A stretch of DNA of 64,000 nt from an uncultured Bacilli bacterium (GCA_963931515.1 OZ007022.1:13747-77746); one strand, 5' to 3'. Shown: positions 22,500-32,595, numbered from the stretch's first letter. Notes: generated by a model not told the origin, from the letters alone. Program-made: numbers and translations.

Positions 22500-23739
22500 T
22501 AAGTTAAATAATTATGTTTATGAAGAAGTTTTAGATAATGGACTTAGGATATATATTTGTAATGTTAAAAGGAAAAATATATATGCGGAAATGACAGTAT
22601 TATATGGATCAAAGGATATTTGTTTTAAAAAAGATGGTGAAGATTTTATAAATATATATCCTGGAGTGGCTCATTTACTTGAACATTTAATGTATAAGGC
22701 GGATGATGAGTTTGATCCATCTAGGATTTATGAAGTGAATGGGGCGGCTAATAATGCTTTTACTAATAAAAAAGCAACTTCATATTATTTTTGTGGGTCT
22801 ACAAATTTTGAATCTAATTTAGATACTTTACTTAAACTGGTGAGCAGTTTAAATGTAAGTATAGAAGATATGGAACGAGAAAAGAAAGTTATTAGACAAG
22901 AACTTTTAGGAGATGTGGATAATCCCAAATATATAGCTTATAAAAAATGTATGGAAAATACAATTTTAAATGATTCTTTTCGTTATGATAGTGGCGGGGA
23001 AATTAATGATTTAGGTAAAATTAGTTTAGATATGGTTCAAAAGTGTTTTGATTATTTTTATAGACCTTGTAATATGTTTTTAGTAATATGTGGGGATGTT
23101 AATCCAAAAGAAGTAATTAAACAGGTTAAAGATTTTTATAATGATAAAAGTTTTACTAGTTTTGAGGTTACTTTAAAGAAGTATAATGAACCTGTTCATG
23201 TATTTAAAGAAAAAGAAATAGTGCATAGTGATGTTTCTAATAAAAGTATTGTTATTAATTATAAGTTTAAGAAACCAAAGTTAGATGAGTTTAAAATGAG
23301 AATTTATTTTAAGGCTTTACTTAGTTTGAAATTTGGATCTTTAAGTCAAATTTACGATAATAATTTAAAGGATTCTAATTATGTAACGAATATTGAATAT
23401 GGTTCTTTTTATACGGATGATTATGCCTTTTATTCTTTTAATGTTGTGGTTTGGGATAAGGCTAATGAGGTTATTAGTTTAATAGATGATACTTTAAAAA
23501 ATGGAAGTTTAAATGAAGAACATATTGATGTTTATAAGAAACTTATGATTAAAAATTTGATTTTAGATTTTGAAAATCCTGGTGATGTAGCAAATTTAAT
23601 TCAAAATGATATTTTGACGTATGGGAATATTCATTATGATATTTATAATGAGTTGAAGGATTTAGATGTTTTAGATTTTAAGAAATTTGTTAGTACTTTG
23701 GATTTTTCAAATAGAAGTGTGGTTGTTTGTGAAAAGTAA
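22471..23739 (+). CDS. M16 family zinc peptidase (insulinase/pitrilysin-like), catalytic subunit
   Basis: Inverted zinc-binding motif HLLEH (GVAHLLEHLMYK) with a downstream Glu; overlaps the partner gene. Confidence 0.75.
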   Translation: MMAMIKRKFDKLNNYVYEEVLDNGLRIYICNVKRKNIYAEMTVLYGSKDICFKKDGEDFINIYPGVAHLLEHLMYKADDEFDPSRIYEVNGAANNAFTNKKATSYYFCGSTNFESNLDTLLKLVSSLNVSIEDMEREKKVIRQELLGDVDNPKYIAYKKCMENTILNDSFRYDSGGEINDLGKISLDMVQKCFDYFYRPCNMFLVICGDVNPKEVIKQVKDFYNDKSFTSFEVTLKKYNEPVHVFKEKEIVHSDVSNKSIVINYKFKKPKLDEFKMRIYFKALLSLKFGSLSQIYDNNLKDSNYVTNIEYGSFYTDDYAFYSFNVVVWDKANEVISLIDDTLKNGSLNEEHIDVYKKLMIKNLILDFENPGDVANLIQNDILTYGNIHYDIYNELKDLDVLDFKKFVSTLDFSNRSVVVCEK

Positions 23740-23797
23740 TTGTAGTGGTGTTTAATAGTTGTCATTTTTTGAAACTAACATTTTTATTTTTTAAGAG

Positions 23798-23872
23798 GTG
23801 CAAGGTGGTCGTAGGTATAAACCTTATGTTTTTACTGAGCAAGGTGTGGCTATGCTTGCAATTGATGTTTAT
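23798..23872 (+). pseudogene. ORF6N-domain gene fragment (…GRRYKPYVFTEQGVAMLAIDVYFK*)
   Basis: Contains the ORF6N C-terminal hallmark YxFTEQGVAML; no start codon; about 90% nucleotide identity to 27919-27950. Confidence 0.5.
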
Positions 23873-23960
23873 TTTAAATAAGCAGATTTTTTCTGGTTAT
23901 TTTTTGTGCTTGAAAAAAGGAAATCAGTTAAAAATGTCGTATGTTATATATAGGGGGTGA

Positions 23961-24050
23961 TATGAATAATACTATAGTTAAAGATGAAGTAAAAATAGAA
24001 AATTTAATTGAAAACTTGGGAATATTAGTTGACAGGGCTTTGAAAAAATG
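23961..24050 (+). pseudogene. ORF6N-domain gene N-terminal fragment (29 codons, MNNTIVKDEVKIENLIENLGILVDRALKK*)
   Basis: Resembles the ORF6N N-terminus (IENxIxxIRGxxVMLDxDLA); truncated where the abi cassette promoter begins. Confidence 0.35.
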
Positions 24051-24057
24051 ATATATT
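24029..24057 (+). promoter_or_regulatory. sigma-A promoter TTGACA-17-TATATT driving the abi gene
   Basis: Consensus -35, 17-nt spacer, near-consensus -10. Confidence 0.6.
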
Positions 24058-24062
24058 GTAAA

Positions 24063-24100
24063 CGATTGGTACTTAGGAAACTTTCGAAGCCCTAAGTCGT
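24063..24100 (+). repeat. 38-bp hairpin repeat copy 1 (CGATTGGTACTTAGGAAACTTTCGAAGCCCTAAGTCGT), 5' flank of the abi cassette
   Basis: Direct repeat of 27422-27458 (34/37 identical); internal stem ACTTAGG/CCTAAGT around the palindrome CTTTCGAAG. Confidence 0.7.
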
Positions 24101-24494
24101 TTTATTTTAAGGATGTGATTTATTGAAACAATATAAAAGCTCTGAAGAATTATTAGATTATATAATTTCTAGAGGAGTTATTGTTACTAATAAAGATTAT
24201 GCTTTAGACAAAATTAAAAAGTATTCTTATTATTCTATTGTGAATACATACAAAGATGTGTTTAAAACTTTGGATAATAATTATAAGAAAAATGTAAATT
24301 TTGAAGAAATATATTCATTATATGAATTTGATAAAAATATTCGTTTTATTTTTTTAACTTATATTTTAGAAATAGAAACGGTTATAAAATCTTTACTGGC
24401 TTGTAAATGTCAATACTAAAATGTACAAAAATGGGAATTTAAGTATGTACAAAAATGGGAATGAAAAATGTACATACTTATTTTGTGTATTGGT

Positions 24495-25256
24495 TTAATC
24501 ATTATCATTATCAGTTTCTAAAATATCTTTTGTACGATATGATTTTCCATTAATATTAAAAACATGGCAATGATGTAATAGTCTATCAAGAATAGCATTA
24601 GCTAGTACTGGGTCGCCGAAAGTTTCAGACCATTTACTAAATGGAATATTTGATGTCATAATAATTGACTTTTTTTCATAACGTTTATTAATTAATTGAA
24701 ATAAAATATTTGCGCCTTCTTTATCAATAGGCAAAAAGCCAACCTCATCAATTATTAGTAATTTATATTTATTATAAAATTTAATTCTTTCTTCTAATCT
24801 GTTTTCACTATAAGCTTTTTTTAAATTATTAATTAAATCATTGCAGTTAATAAAATAGGTTATTTGTCTATTTTTAGCAGCTTCAATACCAATAGCAGTA
24901 GCAAGGTGTGTTTTCCCCACACCCGGACTGCCAATGAATAATATATTTTCTTTATTTTCTAAAAAACGTAAATTTTTAAGTTCTATAACTTTTTCTTTAT
25001 TAACTGATGGTTGGAACGAAAAGTCATAATCTTCTAATGTTTTATAAAAGGGAAAGTTAGCGACTTTTACACAACCATGAATTGCTTTTTCTTCTTTCAC
25101 TTTAATTTCTTCTTCAGTAAGCTTATATAAAGTGTCAATTATATCTATCTTCTTGTCATTTATTAAGTTGATATATGAGTCTATCAACTCTTTAAATTTG
25201 TTTAATTTAAGTTTTTCAAAATTATTTAATAATTTATTATAATTGCTCATTTTCAT
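24495..25256 (-). CDS. istB: IS21-family helper ATPase IstB
   Basis: Walker A GSPGVGKTHLATAIG; DnaA/IstB-like AAA fold; 253 aa. Confidence 0.85.
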   Translation of the reverse strand: MKMSNYNKLLNNFEKLKLNKFKELIDSYINLINDKKIDIIDTLYKLTEEEIKVKEEKAIHGCVKVANFPFYKTLEDYDFSFQPSVNKEKVIELKNLRFLENKENILFIGSPGVGKTHLATAIGIEAAKNRQITYFINCNDLINNLKKAYSENRLEERIKFYNKYKLLIIDEVGFLPIDKEGANILFQLINKRYEKKSIIMTSNIPFSKWSETFGDPVLANAILDRLLHHCHVFNINGKSYRTKDILETDNDND

Positions 25257-25469
25257 ACTCCATTTCTAATTCTTCCGTCATTTCTTTAAGGAACTTTATT
25301 ATGTCTGAAACAGATGATAAATCCTTAATAACATCATCTTTATCGAATTTAGTATAAGGGTTAGATAAGTATTCGATAGCATTTTCACAATACTCTTTAA
25401 TATCGCCTAAAAAATCATTAATTTTAATTTCTAAAATAAATTTTTTCATCATTATTAATTACCTTCTTT

Positions 25470-26675
25470 CTATTTTGTTAATTTATCTAATAAATTTAAA
25501 TTATTTTTAGCCATAGTTTCAATTTCATTATCATCTCTATATGGCATTGTCTTTTTTAAAGCTTCTATGTAATGATTATCATCATAATTAATTTTTTTTG
25601 ATGAAATATTGTGTGAAGCTATTAAATTTCTGTTATAATAGATAAAAAGTTTATTATCAACTTCCTTGAGTTTAACAGTTTGATTAATATACTTTTTGGG
25701 AACTGAATACTGAGAACCTTTATAATAAACAAGCAAACCATTAGATACTTTAGCAGGTGTCATAGTATCTAAATATTGTTCAATTATCGCTTGTTTAGGA
25801 AGCGGGTTTAAGTATTCTTTTTCTTTTCTAAATAGACCAATTGGTGGCATGCCAGTAGTTTGATTAACTTCTAAATTGATCTGTTTATTAAGCTTTTTTA
25901 TAATACTAATTAATTCATTTTCATCTTCAAATTCATTATTATATGGAATAAGCCATTTCATAAATCTATTACAAGATTCATCTTTACCTTTAGTTTCAGG
26001 ACTGTTTATTTTGCATCTTTTCGGTATCGTATCCATATCCTTACAAAAGGCTTTGAATTCAGAAATAAACTGTTTAGTAGAGTAATTTACTATACTAGAC
26101 ATATTGTCAGTAAGACATTCTTTAGGAATACCATTAATGTACTGAAACGTTTCAATAAGACATCTTTCAACTGATTCTAGAGTCATAAATTTACTATATA
26201 TAAATACATGAAATCTTGACGCACATAATGTAGATGAAAAAATATAAAAGATAAATTCTTCGTTGTTTTTAGATGTCATTTTAATTGGTCCTTTCCAGTC
26301 AAATTGTAATTGTTTGCCCATTTCAGTTTCAAACCTTAAGTGAATTTTAGAATCCTTTTCAAGAAAATAATCTTGGTGTTTTAATATGTATTTTCTAAAA
26401 TTGGAATAAGAACCTATATCGTCATCAAGATTCATTTTTATATACATATAAACAGCTTTTTTATTGCTTCCAGGTAAACTTAATTTTTCTTTTATAACGT
26501 CTTTATATTTATCTAATTTTGAACCTCTTTTAGCTTTAGGCTCTTCTTTATGTTCATTGAGATGATATTTTTTTACCGTTCTTCTATCCATCCCATAAAT
26601 TCGTCCCAGTTCAGAATAATTAGGTTTTATACCTTGTATATCCAAGCATAACAACTCTCCTTTCAGATTTCTCAT
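25470..26675 (-). CDS. istA: IS21-family transposase IstA
   Basis: N-terminal HTH; DDE integrase core; 401 aa; precedes istB. Confidence 0.8.
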   Translation of the reverse strand: MRNLKGELLCLDIQGIKPNYSELGRIYGMDRRTVKKYHLNEHKEEPKAKRGSKLDKYKDVIKEKLSLPGSNKKAVYMYIKMNLDDDIGSYSNFRKYILKHQDYFLEKDSKIHLRFETEMGKQLQFDWKGPIKMTSKNNEEFIFYIFSSTLCASRFHVFIYSKFMTLESVERCLIETFQYINGIPKECLTDNMSSIVNYSTKQFISEFKAFCKDMDTIPKRCKINSPETKGKDESCNRFMKWLIPYNNEFEDENELISIIKKLNKQINLEVNQTTGMPPIGLFRKEKEYLNPLPKQAIIEQYLDTMTPAKVSNGLLVYYKGSQYSVPKKYINQTVKLKEVDNKLFIYYNRNLIASHNISSKKINYDDNHYIEALKKTMPYRDDNEIETMAKNNLNLLDKLTK

Positions 26676-27421
26676 TTGTCACCTCCAATCCTTGATTAGA
26701 GTATAACAAAAGAATGCACTTAATGGGATATTTTTATGTACAATTTTGTACATTGTTATTTTCCCATTTTTGTACATTCTTATAGTATCATTAACACTGG
26801 CTGAACTTTTATCATCAAAATATGGTATTAACAATTATTTATTAGTAAGTAATTTTGATACTAATATTAACCCTAAAATAATACAAGACAATATTGATAA
26901 AATAAATGAAGAAATAAGCAAACAAAATGGCAAACACGAAGCTATTACTCATTATATTAATGAATATGGTTTTGTACCACCTTTTGTTTTAATTAAAATT
27001 TTAACATGGGGAGAATTAAGTCGTTTATATTGCATGCTGAAACAAACAGATAGGCAAACTATTAGTAAAGAGTTTAAAGTGCCTGATAATTTTTTAAAAC
27101 AAGTAATGAAAAATATTACCATGATTAGGAATATATGTGCTCATAACGATAGAATGTTTTCCTTTCATAGTAAGTTTTTAATTACTTTTAAAATTATAGA
27201 TAGTAATTATTATAACAAGGATAATTCAACTAATATTTATATGATTATGAAATCTATTCAACGTTTATTAGATAAAGATAAAAGTGATGAGTTCGAAAGA
27301 TTGGTTAATTTAGAAATCGAAAAGTTAAAAAATAATATTAAATCTGTTGATATTAATTTAATTTTATATTTAATGGGATTTTTTAATGAATAAAATTAAT
27401 TATATTGGATAGAATATTAAT

Positions 27422-27458
27422 GATTGGTACTTAGAAAACTTTCGAAGCTCTAAGTCGT
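27422..27458 (+). repeat. 37-bp hairpin repeat copy 2 (GATTGGTACTTAGAAAACTTTCGAAGCTCTAAGTCGT), 3' flank of the abi cassette
   Basis: Direct repeat of 24064-24100; stem ACTTAGA/TCTAAGT (G:C replaced by A:T, i.e. compensatory). Confidence 0.7.
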
Positions 27459-27461
27459 CAG

Positions 27462-27490
27462 GTCTCTATACAAATGTGTAGAGACTTTTT
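27462..27490 (+). terminator. rho-independent terminator (GTCTCTA-loop-TAGAGAC-TTTTT)
   Basis: Perfect 7-bp stem plus a T-run immediately after repeat copy 2. Confidence 0.6.
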
Positions 27491-27702
27491 GAATATTGTT
27501 TATGTCTTTTGTGATTGTTACAATATTAGAATATTATATGAATCTCTAAGAAATAGTAGTTGAATTATTAAGTTATAAATATTATGATGAAAAGATTCTT
27601 GCGTATTTGCTTCCTAATATAGTTATAATTGTAAATCAGGTAAACATAAAATATTTAATGGAATTTATTTGATAAGTTACACTAATATAGTGTAAAAAAT
27701 GA

Positions 27703-28229
27703 TTTGATAAATACATAGATGATATAAATGTTCATTTGGTAGCTATAAGAGATTTGGCTAGGCTTTATCTACTGAAACGAGAAGAATAAATGAAGCGGTT
27801 AATAGAAATAAAGCAAAATTTTCAGAAAGATTTTGCTTTAGAATTACGGAAAGTGAGTATAATTTTTTGAAGTCGCAATTTGCGACTTCAAAGGGTGGTT
27901 CCAGAAAAGGGCATACAGTATTTACAGAGCAAGGTGTGGTTATGCTTGCAGCTATATTAAAAACTGATGTAGCTACAAAAGTAAGTATTGTTATTATGGA
28001 TGCATTTGTAGCTATGAGAAAATATATCTCTTCTAATTTACTTGAGCAAAAATATATCAACAATATGGTGCTAGATTATAACTCTCAAGTCAAACTATTA
28101 CATAGTAAGGCTGTTTATCATTGCGGGGTAAGTATAAATAGAATAGGTTATAAAACATTTTCTATTACTTTAATTGGTGATGAGGAGGTAAGTAGTTTAT
28201 TAATAAATAGAGTTAATAACATTATATAG
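27703..28229 (+). pseudogene. ORF6N-domain protein gene, decayed (no start, +1/-1 frameshift near 27768)
   Basis: Frame A reads ...VHLVAIRDLARLY (an ORF6N N-terminal motif) and frame B continues ...ETRRINEAVNRN...LKSQFATSKGGSR..FTEQGVVMLAAILK, which are ORF6N hallmarks. Confidence 0.6.
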
Positions 28230-28329
28230 ATAACTTGAAATAAAAAAATTTACTTATGCTGGGGATATTATAAATAAATTATAAGTTTACACAAACTTGT
28301 AATTTTTTTTGTGAAACATATTGATTTTG

Positions 28330-28359
28330 TTGACTGATTATTATATTAAAAGTTATAAT
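28330..28359 (+). promoter_or_regulatory. sigma-A promoter of pflB (TTGACT-17/18-TATAAT)
   Basis: Consensus hexamers about 25 nt upstream of the RBS. Confidence 0.55.
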
Positions 28360-28384
28360 TTAGGTTGTAATGGAGGTATGATAT

Positions 28385-30613
28385 ATGGAAGCATGGAAAG
28401 ATTTTAAAGAAGGAAAATGGACGCGTGAAATTAATGTTAGTGATTTCATTAAATCTAATTATACAAAATATGATGGTGATGAGACATTTTTAAAAGGCAC
28501 TACTAAAAAAACAGATAGTGTTTGGGGAAAATGTTCAGAACTTTTAAAAGAGGAATTAAAAAAGCATGTTTTAGATATTGATGTAGATCATATGAGTGGT
28601 ATTAATGCTTTTGAACCAGGATACATAAATGAAGATGATGATGTAATTGTTGGGCTTCAAACAGATGCACCACTTAAGAGAATGGTTAACCCTTATGGTG
28701 GGATTAGAATGGTTTATCAAGAGTTAGATGCTTATGGTTACAAATTAAATCCGACTGTTGATAAGTATTTTAATGAATATAGAAAGACTCATAATCAAGG
28801 GGTTTTTGATGCTTATACGGGAGAAATTAGAAAAGCTAGACATAATGGTTTGCTTACTGGACTTCCTGATGCTTATGGTAGAGGAAGAATAATTGGTGAC
28901 TATAGAAGAGTAGCTTTATATGGTATTGATTATTTGATGGAACAAAAGAAAAACGAATGGGATAATAAGTTAATTGGTCCAATGACTGATGATTTAATTA
29001 GACTTCGTGAAGAAGTTTCAATGCAGTATAGAGCTTTGGATGAGATTAAGAAAATGGCTTTAAGATATGGATTTGATATATCTAAACCAGCAACTAATTC
29101 TAAAGAAGCTGTTCAATGGACTTATTTTGGTTATTTAGCTTCTGTTAAAGAAAATAATGGTGCGGCTATGAGTTTAGGCCGTGTTGATGCGTTTTTCGAT
29201 ATCTATTTTGAAAGAGATTTAAAAGCAGGGTTAATTACAGAGGAGGAAATTCAAGAGTTAATTGATCAGTTTGTTATTAAATTAAGACTTGTTAGACATT
29301 TAAGAACTCCTGATTATGATGAGTTATTCTCTGGTGATCCAACTTGGGTAACTTGCTCTATTGGTGGTATGACTAATGAGGGCGAGAGTATGGTTACGAA
29401 AACAAGCTTTAGAATTTTAAATACTTTAACTAATTTGGATACTTCACCAGAACCTAATATGACTGTACTTTGGTCAACTAAATTACCAGAGGCATTTAAA
29501 AGATACTGCGCTAAAATGAGTATTAAAACAGATGCTATTCAATATGAAAGTGACGATGTAATGCGACCTATTTATGGTGATGATTATGCGATTGCGTGCT
29601 GTGTATCAGCTATGCGCGAGGGTAAAGATATGCAATTCTTTGGAGCTAGATGTAATTTAGCTAAGTCACTTTTATATGCGATTAATGGTGGTGTTGATGA
29701 GAGAACTGGAGATTTAGCAGTTGAAGGTTTTGAAAAGATGACTGATGAAGTACTTGACTATGATAAGGTAAAAGATGCTTACTTTAAGATGATTGAGAAG
29801 GTTGCTGATATTTATTCTAATGCGATGAATATTATTCATTACATGCATGATAAATATGCTTATGAAGCTGGACAAATGGCTTTACACGATACTGATGTCA
29901 ATAGACTAATGGCTTATGGTGTAGCTGGACTTTCTGTCGCAACTGATTCACTTTCAGCTATTAAGTATGCGAAAGTAAAACCAATTAGAAATGAAGAAGG
30001 CATTGCGGTAGATTTTGAAATCGAAGGAGATTTTCCTAAATACGGTAATGATGATGATAGAGTAGATAATATTGCGAAAGAAATATTAGATAAGATGTTT
30101 AAGGAACTTTCTAAACATAAATGTTATAGAAATGCGCATCCTACTTTATCAGTACTTACTATTACTTCTAATGTAGTTTATGGTGAAAAAACAGGAGCTA
30201 CACCTGATGGTAGAAAAGCTGGTGAACCTTTCGCGCCTGGAGCTAACCCAATGCATGGAAGGGATAGTAGTGGAGCTATTGCATCACTTAACTCAGTGGC
30301 TAAACTAGATTATGCTAATTGCTGCCGTGATGGTATTTCTAATACATTTAGTATTGTTCCATCTTCTTTAGGTCACTCTGAAGAAGAGAGAACCGAGAAT
30401 TTAGTTTCTTTACTTGATGGTTATTTTGTTCAAGGTGCTCATCATTTAAATGTTAATGTTTTGAATAGAGAAATGTTAATCGATGCAATGAATAATCCCG
30501 ATAAGTATCCACTTCTTACAATTAGAGTATCTGGTTATGCTGTTAGATTTAATAGGCTTACTAGAAAACAACAAGAAGAAGTTATAGCAAGGACATTCCA
30601 TGAAAAAATGTAG
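28385..30613 (+). CDS. pflB: formate C-acetyltransferase (pyruvate formate-lyase)
   Basis: Glycyl radical motif RVSGYAV near the C-terminus; catalytic Cys pair (ACCVSAM); 742 aa. Confidence 0.95.
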   Translation: MEAWKDFKEGKWTREINVSDFIKSNYTKYDGDETFLKGTTKKTDSVWGKCSELLKEELKKHVLDIDVDHMSGINAFEPGYINEDDDVIVGLQTDAPLKRMVNPYGGIRMVYQELDAYGYKLNPTVDKYFNEYRKTHNQGVFDAYTGEIRKARHNGLLTGLPDAYGRGRIIGDYRRVALYGIDYLMEQKKNEWDNKLIGPMTDDLIRLREEVSMQYRALDEIKKMALRYGFDISKPATNSKEAVQWTYFGYLASVKENNGAAMSLGRVDAFFDIYFERDLKAGLITEEEIQELIDQFVIKLRLVRHLRTPDYDELFSGDPTWVTCSIGGMTNEGESMVTKTSFRILNTLTNLDTSPEPNMTVLWSTKLPEAFKRYCAKMSIKTDAIQYESDDVMRPIYGDDYAIACCVSAMREGKDMQFFGARCNLAKSLLYAINGGVDERTGDLAVEGFEKMTDEVLDYDKVKDAYFKMIEKVADIYSNAMNIIHYMHDKYAYEAGQMALHDTDVNRLMAYGVAGLSVATDSLSAIKYAKVKPIRNEEGIAVDFEIEGDFPKYGNDDDRVDNIAKEILDKMFKELSKHKCYRNAHPTLSVLTITSNVVYGEKTGATPDGRKAGEPFAPGANPMHGRDSSGAIASLNSVAKLDYANCCRDGISNTFSIVPSSLGHSEEERTENLVSLLDGYFVQGAHHLNVNVLNREMLIDAMNNPDKYPLLTIRVSGYAVRFNRLTRKQQEEVIARTFHEKM

Positions 30614-31334
30614 TGGTTCGGTTGATTCGATTGAAAGTATGGGCTTAGTTGATGGTCCAGGTATTAGAACAGTTGTGTTTTTAACTGGATGTAAGCTTAG
30701 ATGTTTATATTGTCACAATCCAGAAATGTGGACTAAGGGTAAGGATAATTATACTCCAGAGGAGTTAGTTCAGCGAATTATTCGCAATAAACCTTATTTT
30801 GGTGATAAGGGTGGAGTAACTTTCTCTGGTGGTGAACCACTTTTACAGATAGATTTTTTGGTAGAATGCTCTAAGTTACTTAAAAAAGAGGGAATTAATA
30901 TTGCTTTAGATACAGCGGGCGCAGGTCTAGGTGATTATAAGGAAATTCTCGATTTGGTGGATTTAGTTATATTTGATGTTAAATATACTGATGGTAATGG
31001 TTATAAGAAATTAACTGGTTATAATATGCTTGAGAGTGAAAGGTTTATTTGTGATTTAAATAAAAGTGGTAAGGATGTATGGATTCGTCAGGTTGTTGTA
31101 CCTGGAATGATGGATAGTGAGGAATATATTAATAGTTTAGCTAAGTATATTTTAAAGATTAAGAATGTTAGGAAGATAGAATTTTTACCATTTCATCATT
31201 TGGGTTTTTCTAAATATGATGAACTTAATTATCTTAATCCTTTAGAAGATATTTCAGAGATGGATAAGGATAAATGTGATGAGTTATATGAAAAATTTAT
31301 AAGTAAGTACAATGAATTAAAGGAGCATATATGA
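30600..31334 (+). CDS. pflA: pyruvate formate-lyase activating enzyme (radical SAM)
   Basis: CxxxCxxC cluster [11 protein letters not shown]; G-rich SAM motif; overlaps the pflB stop. Confidence 0.9.
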   Translation: MKKCSGSVDSIESMGLVDGPGIRTVVFLTGCKLRCLYCHNPEMWTKGKDNYTPEELVQRIIRNKPYFGDKGGVTFSGGEPLLQIDFLVECSKLLKKEGINIALDTAGAGLGDYKEILDLVDLVIFDVKYTDGNGYKKLTGYNMLESERFICDLNKSGKDVWIRQVVVPGMMDSEEYINSLAKYILKIKNVRKIEFLPFHHLGFSKYDELNYLNPLEDISEMDKDKCDELYEKFISKYNELKEHI

Positions 31335-31669
31335 TATTTATATGGTACGCAAAGTGTTCGACATGTCAGAAGGCTAAAAAATGGCTTGATGAGAATGGTG
31401 TTAAATATACTTTGAGAGATATAGTTCTAGAGACTCCAACTGAAGAAGAACTTACTAATTGGATAAATGAAAGTGGTTTAGATATTAAAAAGTTTTTTAA
31501 TACGTCTGGTATGAAGTATAGAGAACTTGGTTTAAAAGATAAACTCGATAGTATGAGTTTTGAGGATAAGGTTAAATTACTTTCTAGTGATGGTATGCTT
31601 ATAAAAAGGCCACTTATCATTGGTGAAAAAATTATTCCAGGTTTTAAAAATTATGATAGTTTAAAATAG
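31331..31669 (+). CDS. ArsC/Spx/MgsR family protein (thioredoxin-like fold, CxxC)
   Basis: N-terminal CSTC redox motif and family-typical KRPLI near the C-terminus; 112 aa. Confidence 0.65.
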   Translation: MIFIWYAKCSTCQKAKKWLDENGVKYTLRDIVLETPTEEELTNWINESGLDIKKFFNTSGMKYRELGLKDKLDSMSFEDKVKLLSSDGMLIKRPLIIGEKIIPGFKNYDSLK

Positions 31670-31692
31670 GCTTATTTTGAGCCTGTTTTTTT
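31668..31692 (+). terminator. rho-independent terminator (AGGCT-tattttg-AGCCT-GTTTTTTT)
   Basis: Stem-loop plus T-run immediately after the stop codon. Confidence 0.6.
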
Positions 31693-32109
31693 ATATATTA
31701 GGAATTTGCTTTGTAAAAAAATATTTACGAGAACAAACGTTTGTGATATGCTGAATACACCAAAGATTGAAGATGGTGATATTAAGAGTTAATTTAAACA
31801 AACATTAAGAATAAGTAGTTAATCTATTATATAATGAAAAAAACAATTGTTAAATTTTGGCAAATAAATAATATAATTAGGGTAGCGACTTATCCAATAC
31901 TGGTCTATGGATGAGTCTAAGATTCCTAAGAAGTAGAAAGAACTTACCGTGAGGTAATAACATTCAAAATTTATTTTGGTGTTTTGTTCTTTATATTATT
32001 GTAATTTTGGTATAAAGCTGATATATTTAATTTGGATGTAATCTGAAAAAGATTAGTTTATGGCTTTTAATGTGTGCCTGAACGTAGTGAAAGGAAGGAA
32101 ATAAATGTT

Positions 32110-32553
32110 ATGGAAGATAATAATTGGCGTTTAAAAAGAGGCAAAAGAAATTTAAATAATGGATTAGATTGGAGAATTTTTTTACATAAGGAATATGTTG
32201 AATTTGCTGAAAAAGCAAATGAATTAGCTGTAAAATATGATTGGGATTTTTGGGGTGGAGGTGTTGATAATTATGCTATAACTTTATCTCAAAGTATCAA
32301 GGATGGAAAATGCATTTCAATTAAAATGTTAGGAAGAGATAATTATCATTATTATGTGTCTTTTGTTAGAGAGTGGAATCCAAATAATGTGGAAAATAGT
32401 CAATATTTGGAATGTATAGGTAAATCATTGGATGAAACTTTGGAATATTTAAAATTTTTCTTAGAAAAAAACAAGTATGAAAGAGAATATAATGATGAAC
32501 GAATTTGTGTAATGGGTGGTGCCTATGAAAGATATCCTTTAGCTTTAAAATGA
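32110..32553 (+). CDS. hypothetical protein
   Basis: ORF with an AAGGAAGG RBS before the ATG at 32110; no recognisable motif. Confidence 0.4.
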   Translation: MEDNNWRLKRGKRNLNNGLDWRIFLHKEYVEFAEKANELAVKYDWDFWGGGVDNYAITLSQSIKDGKCISIKMLGRDNYHYYVSFVREWNPNNVENSQYLECIGKSLDETLEYLKFFLEKNKYEREYNDERICVMGGAYERYPLALK

Positions 32554-32595
32554 GCTATTGATGATTATAAAATGCAGAGTTTGAATTAGTTGGCA

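Larger units (their letters stand above)
24402..26795 (-). mobile_element. IS21-family insertion sequence (about 2.39 kb), istA-istB, imperfect ~36-bp terminal IRs starting TGT, 6-7-bp target duplication (A)CTGGCT
   Basis: Terminal repeats containing multiple TGTACAAAAATGGGAA motifs; duplicated ACTGGCT at 24395-24401 and 26796-26802. Confidence 0.8.
24123..27393 (+). pseudogene. Abi_2 family (AbiD/AbiF-like) abortive-infection gene interrupted by an IS21-family element; exons 24123..24401 and 26803..27393
   Basis: N-terminal part (TTG start) and C-terminal part carrying the Abi_2 hallmark NICAHNDRMFSF (RNxxAHxxR(L/M)(W/F)); splicing out the IS restores ...VIKSLLAELLSSKYG... in frame. Confidence 0.75.

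Noticed and set aside
23745-23960. 71-aa ORF
   Set aside because: It overlaps the ORF6N remnant in another frame and is hydrophobic and low-complexity, so it is probably not a gene
25876-26085. 69-aa plus-strand ORF inside istA
   Set aside because: It is antisense to the IS21 transposase and spurious
31860-31960. Locally GC-richer stretch with a small hairpin (AACTTACC-gtga-GGTAATAAC), considered as a riboswitch or sRNA
   Set aside because: No match to any riboswitch consensus I can recall (no T-box, SAM, TPP, FMN or glycine features). It has weak structure, so it is not claimed
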